Shown in pieces: positions 39,906 to 51,400 of a stretch of 64,000 nucleotides of DNA; the stretch's first letter is position 1; each line of letters opens with the position of its first letter. The stretch covers positions 32,001-96,000 of the forward strand of contig CBDDCA010000005.1 of assembly GCA_965226055.1 (NCBI GenBank), in the 5' to 3' direction. A program made the translations under genes and the position numbers. The DNA is from Spirochaetia bacterium. Its GTDB lineage: Bacteria; Spirochaetota; Spirochaetia; WTKD01; G963693115. The notes beneath the pieces were generated by a model. It was not told the origin of the DNA. It made no database searches and saw only the letters and a list, made by a program, of their open reading frames with translations.

Positions 39906-40141
39906 ATTTTTATTATACACTATATCATTGATATATTGTAGTATTGAAAACTCCATGTAAATATATTACCTCACTTAATGTTATTTATTCAATATTATGA
40001 AAATCAATCTTTATATAAGTCTATAACTGTAGGAGCTTGTACTAGCATAATATTTTTTCCAGCACTCTCTTCTTCTTATAGATCATGTAAGTTAGTATAG
40101 AGCATTTATAAAATTCTTTTAACAAAGCATATACAGAAGTA

Positions 40142-40939
40142 CTAATCGATTCTTGCAAGGCTTAGCCCAATAATTGTAGGGTTGTTTTTCATCGTATAAG
40201 AATGAGAAGATTGCGTCTGTTCTCGTTGTTCCATACATGCTTTATATAACACTCTAAAAGCTGTTTGCATTGTTGTGCCAGTGGTAACAATATCATCTAA
40301 TAATATAATAGTATTGTGCATAGCTACTGTGCTGCACTTTTGAGTATTTTTTATCTGTAAGGCTTGTTTCATATTTTCATTACGCTCTTTTGCATTAAGA
40401 TTTTTTTGCTCTTTTGCTTTTCTCTTTCGATGAAATAGAGAAATATACTTGCTCTTTGTTGCTCTCGCTAGCATTTTGGCTAGCACTTTACTTTGATCAA
40501 AGCCTCTTTTTAATACCTTTTTAGGGTTAGCAGGAATAGGAACTATAGCAACATCATTCATAGTATGAGAAAGAACATGGGTAACAATATACCTGTACAA
40601 CTCAGAACAGAAAAAATACCGTAAAGCACGAAAAGTATTGTGTTTATACTCATAGATAAGTTTTCTTACCTCTTCAGTATAACTCCATAGGGAATACACA
40701 AAACAATCATGTACGACATCGTTGCTTTTATCTTTTGCATCTATACTTTCTCTACACGCTGTACAAAACTGTATTTCGCTTAACAAACGAATTCCACACT
40801 GACAACAAAAGAGGCCAGAACGTACAACAAAATTGCTCTTGCAATATTCACATACTACTCCTGCAAACGCACTTTTGCATATAAGACAACGTTGGAACGC
40901 AAACAAACGAGATAGTACTGTATTCTTCATCTCCATCAT
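40142..40939 (-). CDS. comF: ComF family protein (double zinc ribbon plus PRTase)
   Basis: Four CxxC pairs, RGFDQS and LLDDIVTTGTT. Confidence 0.9.
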   Translation of the reverse strand: MMEMKNTVLSRLFAFQRCLICKSAFAGVVCEYCKSNFVVRSGLFCCQCGIRLLSEIQFCTACRESIDAKDKSNDVVHDCFVYSLWSYTEEVRKLIYEYKHNTFRALRYFFCSELYRYIVTHVLSHTMNDVAIVPIPANPKKVLKRGFDQSKVLAKMLARATKSKYISLFHRKRKAKEQKNLNAKERNENMKQALQIKNTQKCSTVAMHNTIILLDDIVTTGTTMQTAFRVLYKACMEQREQTQSSHSYTMKNNPTIIGLSLARID

Positions 40940-41026
40940 ATAGGAAATACAATACGCGATGCAGTACTACTTGAGAAAAATAGTAACAAACAGTATATAG
41001 ATAGTATATGCTTACATATAGGATAA

Positions 41027-41476
41027 TTATTGCTGTGGCGGAACATCTACAATAATATTTACAGGACCAGCTGCCACTGCATCAATATACATAGAAGCTC
41101 CAAATACTCCAGAAAAACAAGGCATATGTGTAGCACAGTCTTCTATAAACATTTCAAATAGCTTTTTAGCATCATCAAACCCAATACCAGAAGAAAAACT
41201 AGGTCGTGTACCATTTTTAACTTCTGCGTAAAGAGTAAAATTAGGAATAATTAAAGCCGAACCATTACAGTCTTGAAGGCTTTCAGTAAATTTTCCATGC
41301 TGCTCATCACTAAAAATTCTCAGTTTCAATAGCTTTCGTGCCAACCACTGCCCTTCTTTTTGTGTATCACCCTGTGCAAAACATACATATACCACGATCC
41401 CTTTTTCTATAGAAGCTCGTACAGTATTGTCTATCATTAAATGAGCGTTTGATACCCTTTGAACTATTGCACGCAT
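41027..41476 (-). CDS. dtd: D-aminoacyl-tRNA deacylase
   Basis: MRAIVQRV, LRIF, NFTL, GTRPSF, GVFGASM and GPV motifs. Confidence 0.93.
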   Translation of the reverse strand: MRAIVQRVSNAHLMIDNTVRASIEKGIVVYVCFAQGDTQKEGQWLARKLLKLRIFSDEQHGKFTESLQDCNGSALIIPNFTLYAEVKNGTRPSFSSGIGFDDAKKLFEMFIEDCATHMPCFSGVFGASMYIDAVAAGPVNIIVDVPPQQ

Positions 41477-42714
41477 TAATTAATGATATAACGAAAGCCC
41501 TGTACAAGTAAAGCTATATTGAGCTTTGCTTCTACCAGTGTAGATAATATATTTATACTGGGTTCATTATACTTGATTGTAGCAAGTAGTTCTACCTCAT
41601 CTCCGTTTTGTAATCGTATTGTAGGAAGAAAATAAATAGGAATAATTGCACTTATCTCTTTGTTCACTGTGGAAAAATTTACTAAAAAATTGGCTTGTAC
41701 AATCTGTTGATATCCTTTTATGGCATCAGAAAGTCTCATGAGCTGCGTATTATCTTCAGTTGCTACAGAGAGTATATTTGCTACTGTCCCTTGCCATTTT
41801 ACTGTTATATTATTATATTTCCACAACTCTGATTTTATATCCTCAAAACTAAACCACGTTACCTTTGATATATAACTAGGAACTACTATACTTTTTTGTA
41901 ACACATATACACGTTGTTTATCATTATTACTTGCATTAGAATACAACAGAGTATTGATAAGCATTTGTGCTTTATTATCTTGATATGTAACAAAAGCATG
42001 TTCAACATCAGAAAGAAGTGATGCAATCTTTCTTTTTGAAAAAGTTTCTTTTAATGGAAATTGCAGCATTTCTTGCAATGTATATACACTATGATTATCT
42101 ACTGTTGCATTATTATTTTCTAATGCTCCATCAGCCTCTAACTGTTGCAAATAATCACTTCGTTCATTTTGTGGCTGAAAAAAAGCAACTATACTTTTTG
42201 AAATAGTTTGATAAAAAGGAATAATGGCAAGAACAATACTTATGAGTATACTAACACTTACTATACGTCTCCTTTTTTTTCTTCGTACCCAGAGAGGAAT
42301 AAAACGTGGAAGGAGTTTGACTTTATAGACATTCTTTGCTATTTCACTGATAGCATCTTTATTTGCATTCCGAAAAATAGCAACTGCTTTTTTAGCAAAC
42401 ACATTTTCAGCATCATCTTGTAAGATACTAAGCCATTCAGACATAGCTATATCAATTTTGTGATTTTTAAGATGAATACAGGCAATATATAATCGACATG
42501 CAATATCACCATGTTCAAGTGTAAGAGCATGACGAAATTCTTTATAAGAAAAATCAGTTTTTCCTAAATTAAATAAAGCAACACCATATAAGAAATGAAA
42601 TGTATATACCTCTTTCGCATCAAAAGGCATGCCTTCAAGCATTTGTATTGCAGTATCAAAATTTTCATTATATATTTCATTTTCTATATCATAAAATGAA
42701 TTATTTTTTCTCAT
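41476..42714 (-). CDS. TPR-containing membrane protein
   Basis: N-terminal TPR-like helices, one TM after RRKKRRR, C-terminal OB-like VKWQG segment. Confidence 0.7.
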   Translation of the reverse strand: MRKNNSFYDIENEIYNENFDTAIQMLEGMPFDAKEVYTFHFLYGVALFNLGKTDFSYKEFRHALTLEHGDIACRLYIACIHLKNHKIDIAMSEWLSILQDDAENVFAKKAVAIFRNANKDAISEIAKNVYKVKLLPRFIPLWVRRKKRRRIVSVSILISIVLAIIPFYQTISKSIVAFFQPQNERSDYLQQLEADGALENNNATVDNHSVYTLQEMLQFPLKETFSKRKIASLLSDVEHAFVTYQDNKAQMLINTLLYSNASNNDKQRVYVLQKSIVVPSYISKVTWFSFEDIKSELWKYNNITVKWQGTVANILSVATEDNTQLMRLSDAIKGYQQIVQANFLVNFSTVNKEISAIIPIYFLPTIRLQNGDEVELLATIKYNEPSINILSTLVEAKLNIALLVQGFRYIIN

Positions 42715-42726
42715 GTCCGAATGCCA

Positions 42727-43401
42727 CTAAAATGTGTTACGCTCCTTTTTATCAGTTGACTTACTATAGAGCCTTTCCAAAAATCCCTTTTTATTTTCCT
42801 GAGAAAAAAAAGCAGAACCCATAACAAACCAATCTACTCCACAATGTTGTAATGTTACTATATTATTTTCATCAATACCACCATCAACTGATATAAGAAA
42901 AGAATAATCGAAAGAATTACGTAACTGATGTAACTCTTGTATTTTTTTTATCATAGGCTCTATAAATTTTTGACCACCAAAGCCTGGATCAACAGTCATA
43001 ATAAGAACAACATCTACTTGATCTAATATTGATTGTATAGTAGAAATAGGAGTTTGGGGATTAAGTGCTATTCCTACTTTTATTCCTTTACTGCGTATAG
43101 CTTGAATACAACGAAAAGAAAATTGCTCTGCTTCTATATGAAATGTCAGCATATCTGCCCCAGCTTGTACCATATCATCAATATACTTTTGAGGATTCTG
43201 TACCATGAGATGTACATCAATAAAAAGTTTCGTTTTATCACGAATGTCTTTGACAAACTTAGAACCAAAGGTAAGCACTGGAACAAAATGCCCATCCATC
43301 ACATCAAAATGTAGATGACTTGCTCCTGCATTTTCACACATTACTATATCTTTTTCAAAATTACTCCAATTTGCTGATAAAATAGAAGGAAGAATAAGCA
43401 T
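42727..43401 (-). CDS. rpe: Ribulose-phosphate 3-epimerase
   Basis: PSILSA, HFDVMDGHFVP, DVHLM, MTVDPGFGGQ and VDGG; likely start MLILP at 43401. Confidence 0.96.
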   Translation of the reverse strand: MLILPSILSANWSNFEKDIVMCENAGASHLHFDVMDGHFVPVLTFGSKFVKDIRDKTKLFIDVHLMVQNPQKYIDDMVQAGADMLTFHIEAEQFSFRCIQAIRSKGIKVGIALNPQTPISTIQSILDQVDVVLIMTVDPGFGGQKFIEPMIKKIQELHQLRNSFDYSFLISVDGGIDENNIVTLQHCGVDWFVMGSAFFSQENKKGFLERLYSKSTDKKERNTF

Positions 43402-43513
43402 ATTATTATTGTAGTATGTTATTATACTACTGTAAATACTCATAACACAATAAATGAGTTACTTTCTATATTTCAAAAGATACTATACATAATTGCTCTT
43501 ATATATGCCTATA

Positions 43514-43540
43514 GCAAGAAAGGAATATTTCCTTTCTTGC
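43514..43540 (-). terminator. Hairpin downstream of lipoprotein paralog A
   Basis: Perfect inverted repeat GCAAGAAAGGAA-TAT-TTCCTTTCTTGC. Confidence 0.65.
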
Positions 43541-43570
43541 CTAAGCTTGTATTTTATGACAGAATATATG

Positions 43571-46500
43571 CTACGATGAAGAACACGCTGTTTTATCAGC
43601 ACTGTCCTTTGGGTACTGTGCTTTTTTCCTATGCATTGCTGAGCCTTGAAATTCATCATCTGTTAATTGGTGGACTGAAAGTTTACACAATTTCCATGAT
43701 GATAAATCTTGATTAAATGCACTAGCTCCAAAAAACATAAAAACTATAGAAATAGCATTCCCTACATCCCAATTTCCTATATCTTGATCAAAAGCACTTG
43801 CTTGAAAAAACATACTACTCATAGAAGTAACACTGCTCACATCCCAATCTCCTATATCTTGATTAAATTTACTTGCTCCATTAAACATACTATTCATAAG
43901 AATAACACTACTTACATCCCAATCTCCTATATCTTGATCAAAAGCACTTGCTTGAAAAAATAGACCTACCATATTCGTTACATTACTGGTATTCCACTGT
44001 GTTATGTCTCCATTAAAAGTACTGTCTTTATCAAACAATTGTCGCATATTATCAATAGCACTGGTATCTATCATATTGAGGTTAGGGCTAGGGTTACTAC
44101 TCTTCCCTCCTGTAGCTTGCCTTGTTTTTTCTTCTCTGATAATAGTTTGTAGTGCTGATTTTGTTGTTGGTCTGTAATAGGTAGCTGCTTTTCCTGATGG
44201 TGCTGTTCTTAGCTCTGTTTGTATAACAATAGTCGCTGGTACTTTTTTCTTTGAAGCGGTAAGGGTACACTGTGCTACATTATAGCTATACTCAGTAATA
44301 TTAGGGTCACGTATATTGGACTTATTTGCTATGCCTGTTATGGTAACTGTTTTGCTACTCTGTTCAAACGATACTGCTAGCCCTGTCTCTTTTTTGATTT
44401 TCTCTGCATCTGCCTCTTGTATATTGGCATCACAGGTAAAGGCATTGCCACTGGGTGTGCTTGCTAATACTCTTGTAGTATTTGATGCGAGTGCTGTGCC
44501 TACTGTTGCTGAAACTATGCTAGTGTTTCCTATAGATATTGCACTTACTTCAAATTCATGGCGTTCTCCTGTTGATGCTTTTGTAGGATCGGTGCTGTTT
44601 ACTGCTTGTACTACTATTTCGTAGGTCGTTCCGTTTGTCAATCCTGTCAGGGTAGTGTTGGTTGTTCCTGCTGCTACTGTTGTGGGGCTTGAGTCTGCTT
44701 GTTTTATTGCTGCTACATTTCTTGCACTGCCACCTTTGGCTACTTTGTATACTTTGTACGATACCTGTGCTACTGTTAGGGTATCGCCTGTATTTGCTTT
44801 GTGGCTTGCACTGAGGCTGGGGGCTGTCCATGATACTCTCATACCGCCTGTTTGGGCTACTCTTGTTTGTATGCTTGTTACTTCTGCAGGGGCAGTCGCT
44901 TGCGATGCGGTCGTTACGCTTGCCACTGACGATGCTACTTTTTTGCTTGGGTCTGTTTTTACTGCTACCTCTACCACAAAGTAATACTTTGTCGCTCCTT
45001 TTACTGCTACTACTGGTGCTGTGTCTGATGACAAACCTAAACTGGCAAGGGCTGGTACTGTGTACACTCCGCTTGTTGCACTGCCTATGTTTACCTTTCT
45101 GCCTGCAAGTACCTCTGCTACTGTAGGGTTAGTGTCTTTCTGTAAGCCATACACTGTGTATACTAGCTTGTCATTTGCTATTATGTTTGTACCATCGTAG
45201 TCTTTCGCTCCTGTAAATGTGCTTAGCTCGGTAAGTACCAGCTTTATTGTGCCTGTAGTATTTGTTGACGGTGATACTACCAGCTTTCCTGTGAGTAATG
45301 ACTGGCTGGGTGCTACTGCTTTGGAAGTATAGATTTCTTTTATTTCTGTTACATCGGTGTAAAAGCCTGCAGGAAAGAGCTTGTCGCTATTTGTTGCATC
45401 GTAATTGGGGGATGTCGTGTTTACTATCCTTACTCCTATGTAGTAATCTTTTGCTGTTTCTATGGGCGTTGCTCCTGCATTGCTTCCACTGGTGCTGTCT
45501 ACTATTGCTATGGATATTGTGTCTTGAGTTGTTCCTGTTGCTTTTGTGTATTTTGCTACTCTCGTACTGCTCTTTTCTGTTGCCCATAGTGCTGATACGC
45601 TGGCAGGCTTTCCTGTGGTATCTTCTTTCTTGAGATATAGCACATAGTACGCAAGGTCTGTCGCTTCAAGGGCATTGCCATTTGCTTTGCTCACTCCTGC
45701 TATTGCTGAGGCATTGAGCTGTGCTGTTATGACTTTTTTCCCTCTGTTGCTTCCTGTTGTAGGCACTGCAAATACCACTGCATTACTGTTAGTGTAGGTT
45801 GTTACTTTTGGTGTGCTTGGGGGAGCGGTAAGCGTTGCTTTCTTTATTGTTACTGATGCTCCTATGCTATAGGCAGGATTGAGGCTGTTTATTGCTTCTA
45901 CTCCTGCGGTATAGTCTGCTCCTTTTGTTCCTATAAATGTTGCTTTTAATGGAGTGCTGTTTCCTGCTAGCTCTCTTGTTTGTACTCCTGCAAGGGCTTT
46001 TATTTCGTCTAGTGTTTTTGTGCTGTGGTCTCCTGCTGCTATGTATACTTTGTATTGTATTTGTGCCTGTGTGAGTTTGCTTCCGCTGGGTGCTTTGTTG
46101 GTATCAGTAATGTCTCCTGCACTAAATGTATAGACTGCTTTTGCAGTTGTTTGGGTTACTGACTCTACGGAGAGCTTTGCATCTTTGGGAGCGGGCGGTG
46201 CTGTCGAGGTGCTATCGTATACTGCTACTGCATCACTCAGTGCGGTTACGGGACTTACTCTGTTATTTGCTATTTGCAGAAAATCAAAGCGATAATTCTT
46301 GGCATTTGCTTGGCTCTTAGGTACTTCTAAGCCATCTGCTATCCCAAAGCTAATGGTGATTGCTGTGTTTGTTATGCTTTTTTCTGCTACCAGTGTAGCT
46401 CCATCTTTCATACGCAGGGTGTAGTATCGCCCTATGCCAGGAGCATTCTTAAAAATTGCTTTTATCTGCACTGCTCCTGTTGTATCTAATGTAGGCTTGC

Positions 46501-48336
46501 TTTGAAAGAGATCTTCTGAGGGAGCTGTGAGTGAGTTGGGGGTGGTTATGTCTTTTGTTGCTTGGCTACTTTTGTTTTCTGAGTAATCAAGCGTGAGTAT
46601 TGTTATGGTATATGTTTTGCCTTGCACAAGTTCTTCTACAGAGAGTGCTATCGTGGGATAGGGTATTTTCTTCTCGCTCAGTACTGCAGTGCTTGTGCCT
46701 TTTTCTGCTATGCTTATGCTGTATTCTTTTATGTCTTTGTTGTTGGCTTTTGTTGTATCGGGGGCTGTCCATGTTATCTGTGTGCCTATCTTTGCTGCTG
46801 ATACAAAGGGATAGCTTGCTTGTATGTTTGTCACTGCATCGGGGGCGGTGCTGTCTGCTGATGTGCTGACTGTGGCTGTTGCTTCTGTTCCTTTGTTGCC
46901 TGCACTGTCTATTGATACGACTGCCACTGTATACTCGGTGGTTGCTTTGAGGCCTGGTATCTGTGTATTGCGTACTGTTCTCTCTGTTATTGTCACTGTC
47001 TTTGCTGGAGAACTGCTGTCTTTTTCTGTTGCTGTTATAGTCACTCCTGCGTAGTCTCTTACATCGGGGGCTTGCCAGCCTACTACTAGGCTTGTTGCTC
47101 CTCCTACGGCACTCACATTGCTTACAGGTTCTGTGCTTTTGTCTGTTGTTGCTTGTTCTTTTGACACTGCAGTGGAATACTTTCCGTTTTGAGAAACATA
47201 CACCTCTACTTTGTAAGTAAGCGTGCCATAGAGTTTTGTGAGTGCTATGCCATCTTTTGCCACATACACAGTGGCGTATTCTCTGTTGTCTGCACTTGCT
47301 CCGCTGACATTGGTTGCACTTGTATCTTTATCTATTGTCTCTTCTGCTACTACTGTATTTGTTGCGGTTGCTATCACTCGTACTTGCAGGCTTTTTTCTG
47401 TACTTCCTGTTCCAAAGTCAAAACTCCCCCACTTAATAAGCAGGCTTTCATCGGCTGGACTATTGCTTTTATCGTTTGCTGTTACTGTAAGATCTGCCTC
47501 TGGCAGTGGCGTTACTGTTTGTGAGAGTGCTGATGGCACTATGCCTCTGAGTGCTTGCTTTGCCGTGCTTTTGTTACCGTTGCTATCTTTGTACACTACT
47601 ACTATATCATAGCTGATGCCGTCTATAGTAGGGACTGCAATGCTTACCTCTCCTTGTGTTACATCTTGTACTGTTACTTCTGTCTTTACCCCAGTAGTTC
47701 TTTCTATCACCTGTATTGTGGCTTCTGCTATGTCTGTCTTACCTGACGAGAGCAGTACTTTGTCCCATGTTAGCTTTATGCCATTTGTTGCCTGTTCTAC
47801 CGCTACCTGTGTAAAGGTGTCCTGTGGTGCAGTTTCATCTGTCAGTGTTGTCACAGAGCGTGTTGTTTTTGGTGATACTTCTGAGTTTGATTTTTGTGCT
47901 TCTATCTCTACCGTATAATCGGTAGTAGCGTGCAAGCCTCTGAGTGTGTAGGGTCTGTTTTGTTGAAACAATGCACGATATTCTATTGCAGGAACACGCA
48001 CTTGTATGGACTGTGCTGGTGCGGTAGATGTAGCTTTTACGACTACATGCGTGGCATCACTGGGAGCTTGCCAGCGTAACGAGAGCGTCCCATCGTTGCT
48101 TGCTGGTTCTATCTGCACATTGGACACTGATGCGAGTGTCGGGGTTACTGGCGTTCCCCCTCCGCCTGAGGAACTGCTACTACCCTCTGCACATCCTACG
48201 AGTACGAGGATAGTTATTGCTAGCACTGCTAGTATAGTTAGGTTTTGCTTATATCGAGAGTGTACCCCCCCCCCCCCCCGATTTTCAGGCTCTGTAGCTC
48301 CTTGCTTTTGTAGCTATCATTCATCAATACTTTCAT
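43571..48336 (-). CDS. Surface lipoprotein paralog A (FN3-like stalk plus DUF285/BspA-like head), frameshifted at a G15 tract in the signal peptide
   Basis: Open frame 43571-48226 with lipobox VLVGC. The AAGGAG-preceded ATG at 48336 runs through G15 into TAA; G13 or G16 would restore the frame. Confidence 0.85.
48265..48279 (-). repeat. Poly-G (G15) homopolymer, putative phase-variation tract
   Basis: 15 consecutive C on the + strand inside the 5' coding region of paralog A. Confidence 0.85.
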
Positions 48337-48421
48337 AAAGATCTCCTTTTATTTTATTATCGTGTACTTATCAGTATACACAATAGTATTATAGTACAAA
48401 ATAGTATTTTTATGTCTATAG

Positions 48422-48458
48422 AAAAATGGCAAGAAAAGAGCTTTTCCTTTCTTACCAT
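48422..48458 (-). terminator. Intrinsic terminator of lipoprotein paralog B
   Basis: Minus strand AUGGUAAGAAAGGA-AAAGC-UCUUUUCUUGCCAU (14 bp with G-U pairs) followed by a U run; homologous to the 43514 hairpin. Confidence 0.7.
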
Positions 48459-48481
48459 AAGCTTGTATTTCTATGTATCTA

Positions 48482-51400
48482 CTATGATGTACATGCTGGA
48501 TCACCTTTACCTTTTGGATACTTGCTTGTTTTTCCTGCCATAGCTGAATTGTCAAACATAATGCTACTTATTGTTCCTTTACACATTTTCCATGATGATA
48601 AATTTTGATCAAATTTAGAAGCATTATAAAACATAGCAAAATTACGTTCAACATTCCCTACATCCCAATTTCCTATATCTTGATTAAAAGCATCTGTGCC
48701 TTTAAACATAGTATTTGTATTCTTTACATTGCTCATATTCCAATTTCCTATGTCTTGATTAAAAGCAGTAGCACTATCAAACATTGAAAACATATTAGTA
48801 ACCTTGCCTACATCCCAATTTCCTATGTCTTGATTAAAATTATTTGTGCTTTTAAACATAGATTGCATATCCTCTACATTACTAGTATTCCACTGTGTTA
48901 TGTCTCCATTAAAAGTACTATCTCTATTAAATAAACTATTCATACTAGTAATAGCACTGGTATCTATCATATTGAGATCAGGGCTAGGGTTGTTGTTCCC
49001 TCCTGAACCTTGCCTTGTCTTTTCTTCACTGATAATAGTTTGGAGCTTTGCCTTTGTTATTGGTCTGTAATAGGCTTCCGCTTTTCCTGATGGTGCTGCT
49101 TTTAGCACTGTCTTTATAATGATAGTAGCTGGTATTTTTGAAGAACCAACTGAACACTGTACTACATTATAGCTATATTCAGTAATGGCAATGTCATGTA
49201 TATTAGATTTATTTGCTATGCCTGTTACGGTAACTGTGTTAGTATTTTTTGAAAACGATACTGCTAATCCTGTTTCTTCTTTGATTCTCTTTGCATCTGC
49301 TTCCAGTATGGTGGCATCACAGGTAAAGGAAACGCTACTGGTCAGTATTCTCGTAGTATTTATTGCTTGTTTATTGCCTACTTCTGCTGAAACTACCATA
49401 GTATTTTCTATAATCACTGTTCTTGCTTCAAACTCATGGCGTTGTCCTGCTGATATTTTTGTGTCATCGGTGCTGTTTACTGCTTGTACGACTATTTCAT
49501 AGATCTTTCTGTTAGTCAATCCTGTCAAAGTAGTACTTGTTGTTCCTACCGCTATTGTTGTAGGACTTGAGTCTGCATTTTTTATCTGTGTTACTGTCCT
49601 CTGTATATCACCACTCTTGGCTACTTTGTATATCTTGTACGATACCTGTGCTGCTGTTAAGGTGTCTCCTGTATCTGTTTTGCGGCTTGCACTGAGGCTG
49701 GGAACTGCCCAAAATACTTTCATGCCTGTTTGGGCTACTCTTGTTTGTATGCTCCTTACTTCTGTTGGAGCAGTTGCTTGAGATGCAGTTGTTACGCTTG
49801 CCACTGATGAAGATGCTACTTTTTTGCTTGGATCTGTTTTTATGGCTACTTTTACCACAAAGTGATACTTTGTCGCTCCTTTTATTGCTATTATTGGATC
49901 TGTATCTAAAGACAAACCTAAACTGGCAAGGGCTGGTACTGTGTACACTCCGCTTGTTGCACTGCCTATGTTTACCTTTCTGCCTGCAAGCACTTCTGCT
50001 ACTGTCGGAGTAGTGTCCTGCTGTAGTCCATACACTGTGTATACAAGCTGATTACTTGCTGTTATGTTTGTTCCATCGTAGTTCTTTGCTCCCGTAAATG
50101 TGCTTAGCTCGGTGAGTGCTAGCTTTATTGTTCCTGTTGTGCTTGTTGATTGTGATACTACTAGCTTTCCTGCTAGTAGTGACTGATCAGGGGCTACTGC
50201 GTTTGAAGTATACACTTCTTTTATTTCTGCTACATCGGTGTAAAAGCCTGTAGGAAAGAGCTTGTCGATATTTGATGCATCATAATTGGGGGATGTCGTG
50301 TTGACTACTCTCACTCCTATGTAGTAATCCTTTGCTGTTTCTATAGGGGTTGCTCCTGCATTGCCTGCACTGGTACTGTCTACTATTGGTATTTGTATGA
50401 TCGCTTGATTTGCCACTCCTGTTGCTTTTGTGTACTTTGCTACTTTTCCACAGCTCTTTCCTACTGCCCACAAAGCTGATACACCAGCAGGCTTTTGATT
50501 TATATACTCTTTCTTGAGATACAACACATAGTATGCAAGATCAGTTGCTTCAAGGGCATTGCCATCTACTTTGCTTACTCCTGCTATGGCTGAGGCATTT
50601 ACTTGTACTGTTATGACTTTTTTTCCACTATTGCTTCCTGCCGTAGGCACTGCAAATACTACTGCATTATTGCTAATGTATGTTAGTTCTTTTGGTGCTG
50701 TGGAGGGAGTGGTAAGTGTTACTGTTTTTATTGTTGCTGATGATCCTGCTATGCTATACGAGGGATTGAGGCTATTTATCGCTTCTACTCCTGCGGTATA
50801 GCTTGTATCCTTCTTGCCTATAAATCTTACTTGTAAGGCACTGTCTCCTGCTATGTCTCTTGTTTGTACTCCTGCAAGGGCTTTTATTGCATCTAGTGTC
50901 TTTTTGCTATGATCTCCCTCTGCTATGTATACTTTATATTGTATTTGTGTCTGTTTGAGTTTACTTCCATTGGGAGCTTTGTTAGTATCAGTAATGTCGC
51001 CTGCATTAAACATATAGATTGCTGTTGCGGTTGTCTTTTTTTCTGACTTTACAGAGAGTATTGCATCCTTGGGGGCTGGTGGTGCTGTTGAGGTACTATC
51101 GTATACTGCTACGGTATCAGCAAGAGTGGTTATAGGACTAACTATATTATTTGCTATTATCAAAAATGTAAAGCGATAATTCTTGGTATTTGCTTGGCTC
51201 TTGGGTACTTCTACACCATCTGCTATACCAAATATAATATCTTTTGTGCCTCCTGTTGTGCTCTTTTCTGATACCAGTGTTGTGCTATCGTACATACGCA
51301 GGATGTAATATCGTCCTATGCCAGGAGCAGTCTTAAAGGTTGCCTTTATTTGCACTGCTCCCGTTGTATCAAGAGCAGGCCTGTTTTGAAAGAGATCTTC

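Noticed and set aside
43514-48458. Related inverted repeats flanking paralog A as invertase or excision sites
   Set aside because: Both lie just after stop codons in the same orientation and fold as terminators; they are better explained as part of the duplicated unit, and no recombinase gene is nearby
43571-49000. Diversity-generating retroelement acting on the DUF285 heads
   Set aside because: No reverse transcriptase, avd gene or non-coding template repeat in the window, and adenine-specificity cannot be shown without a template; only a remote DGR remains possible
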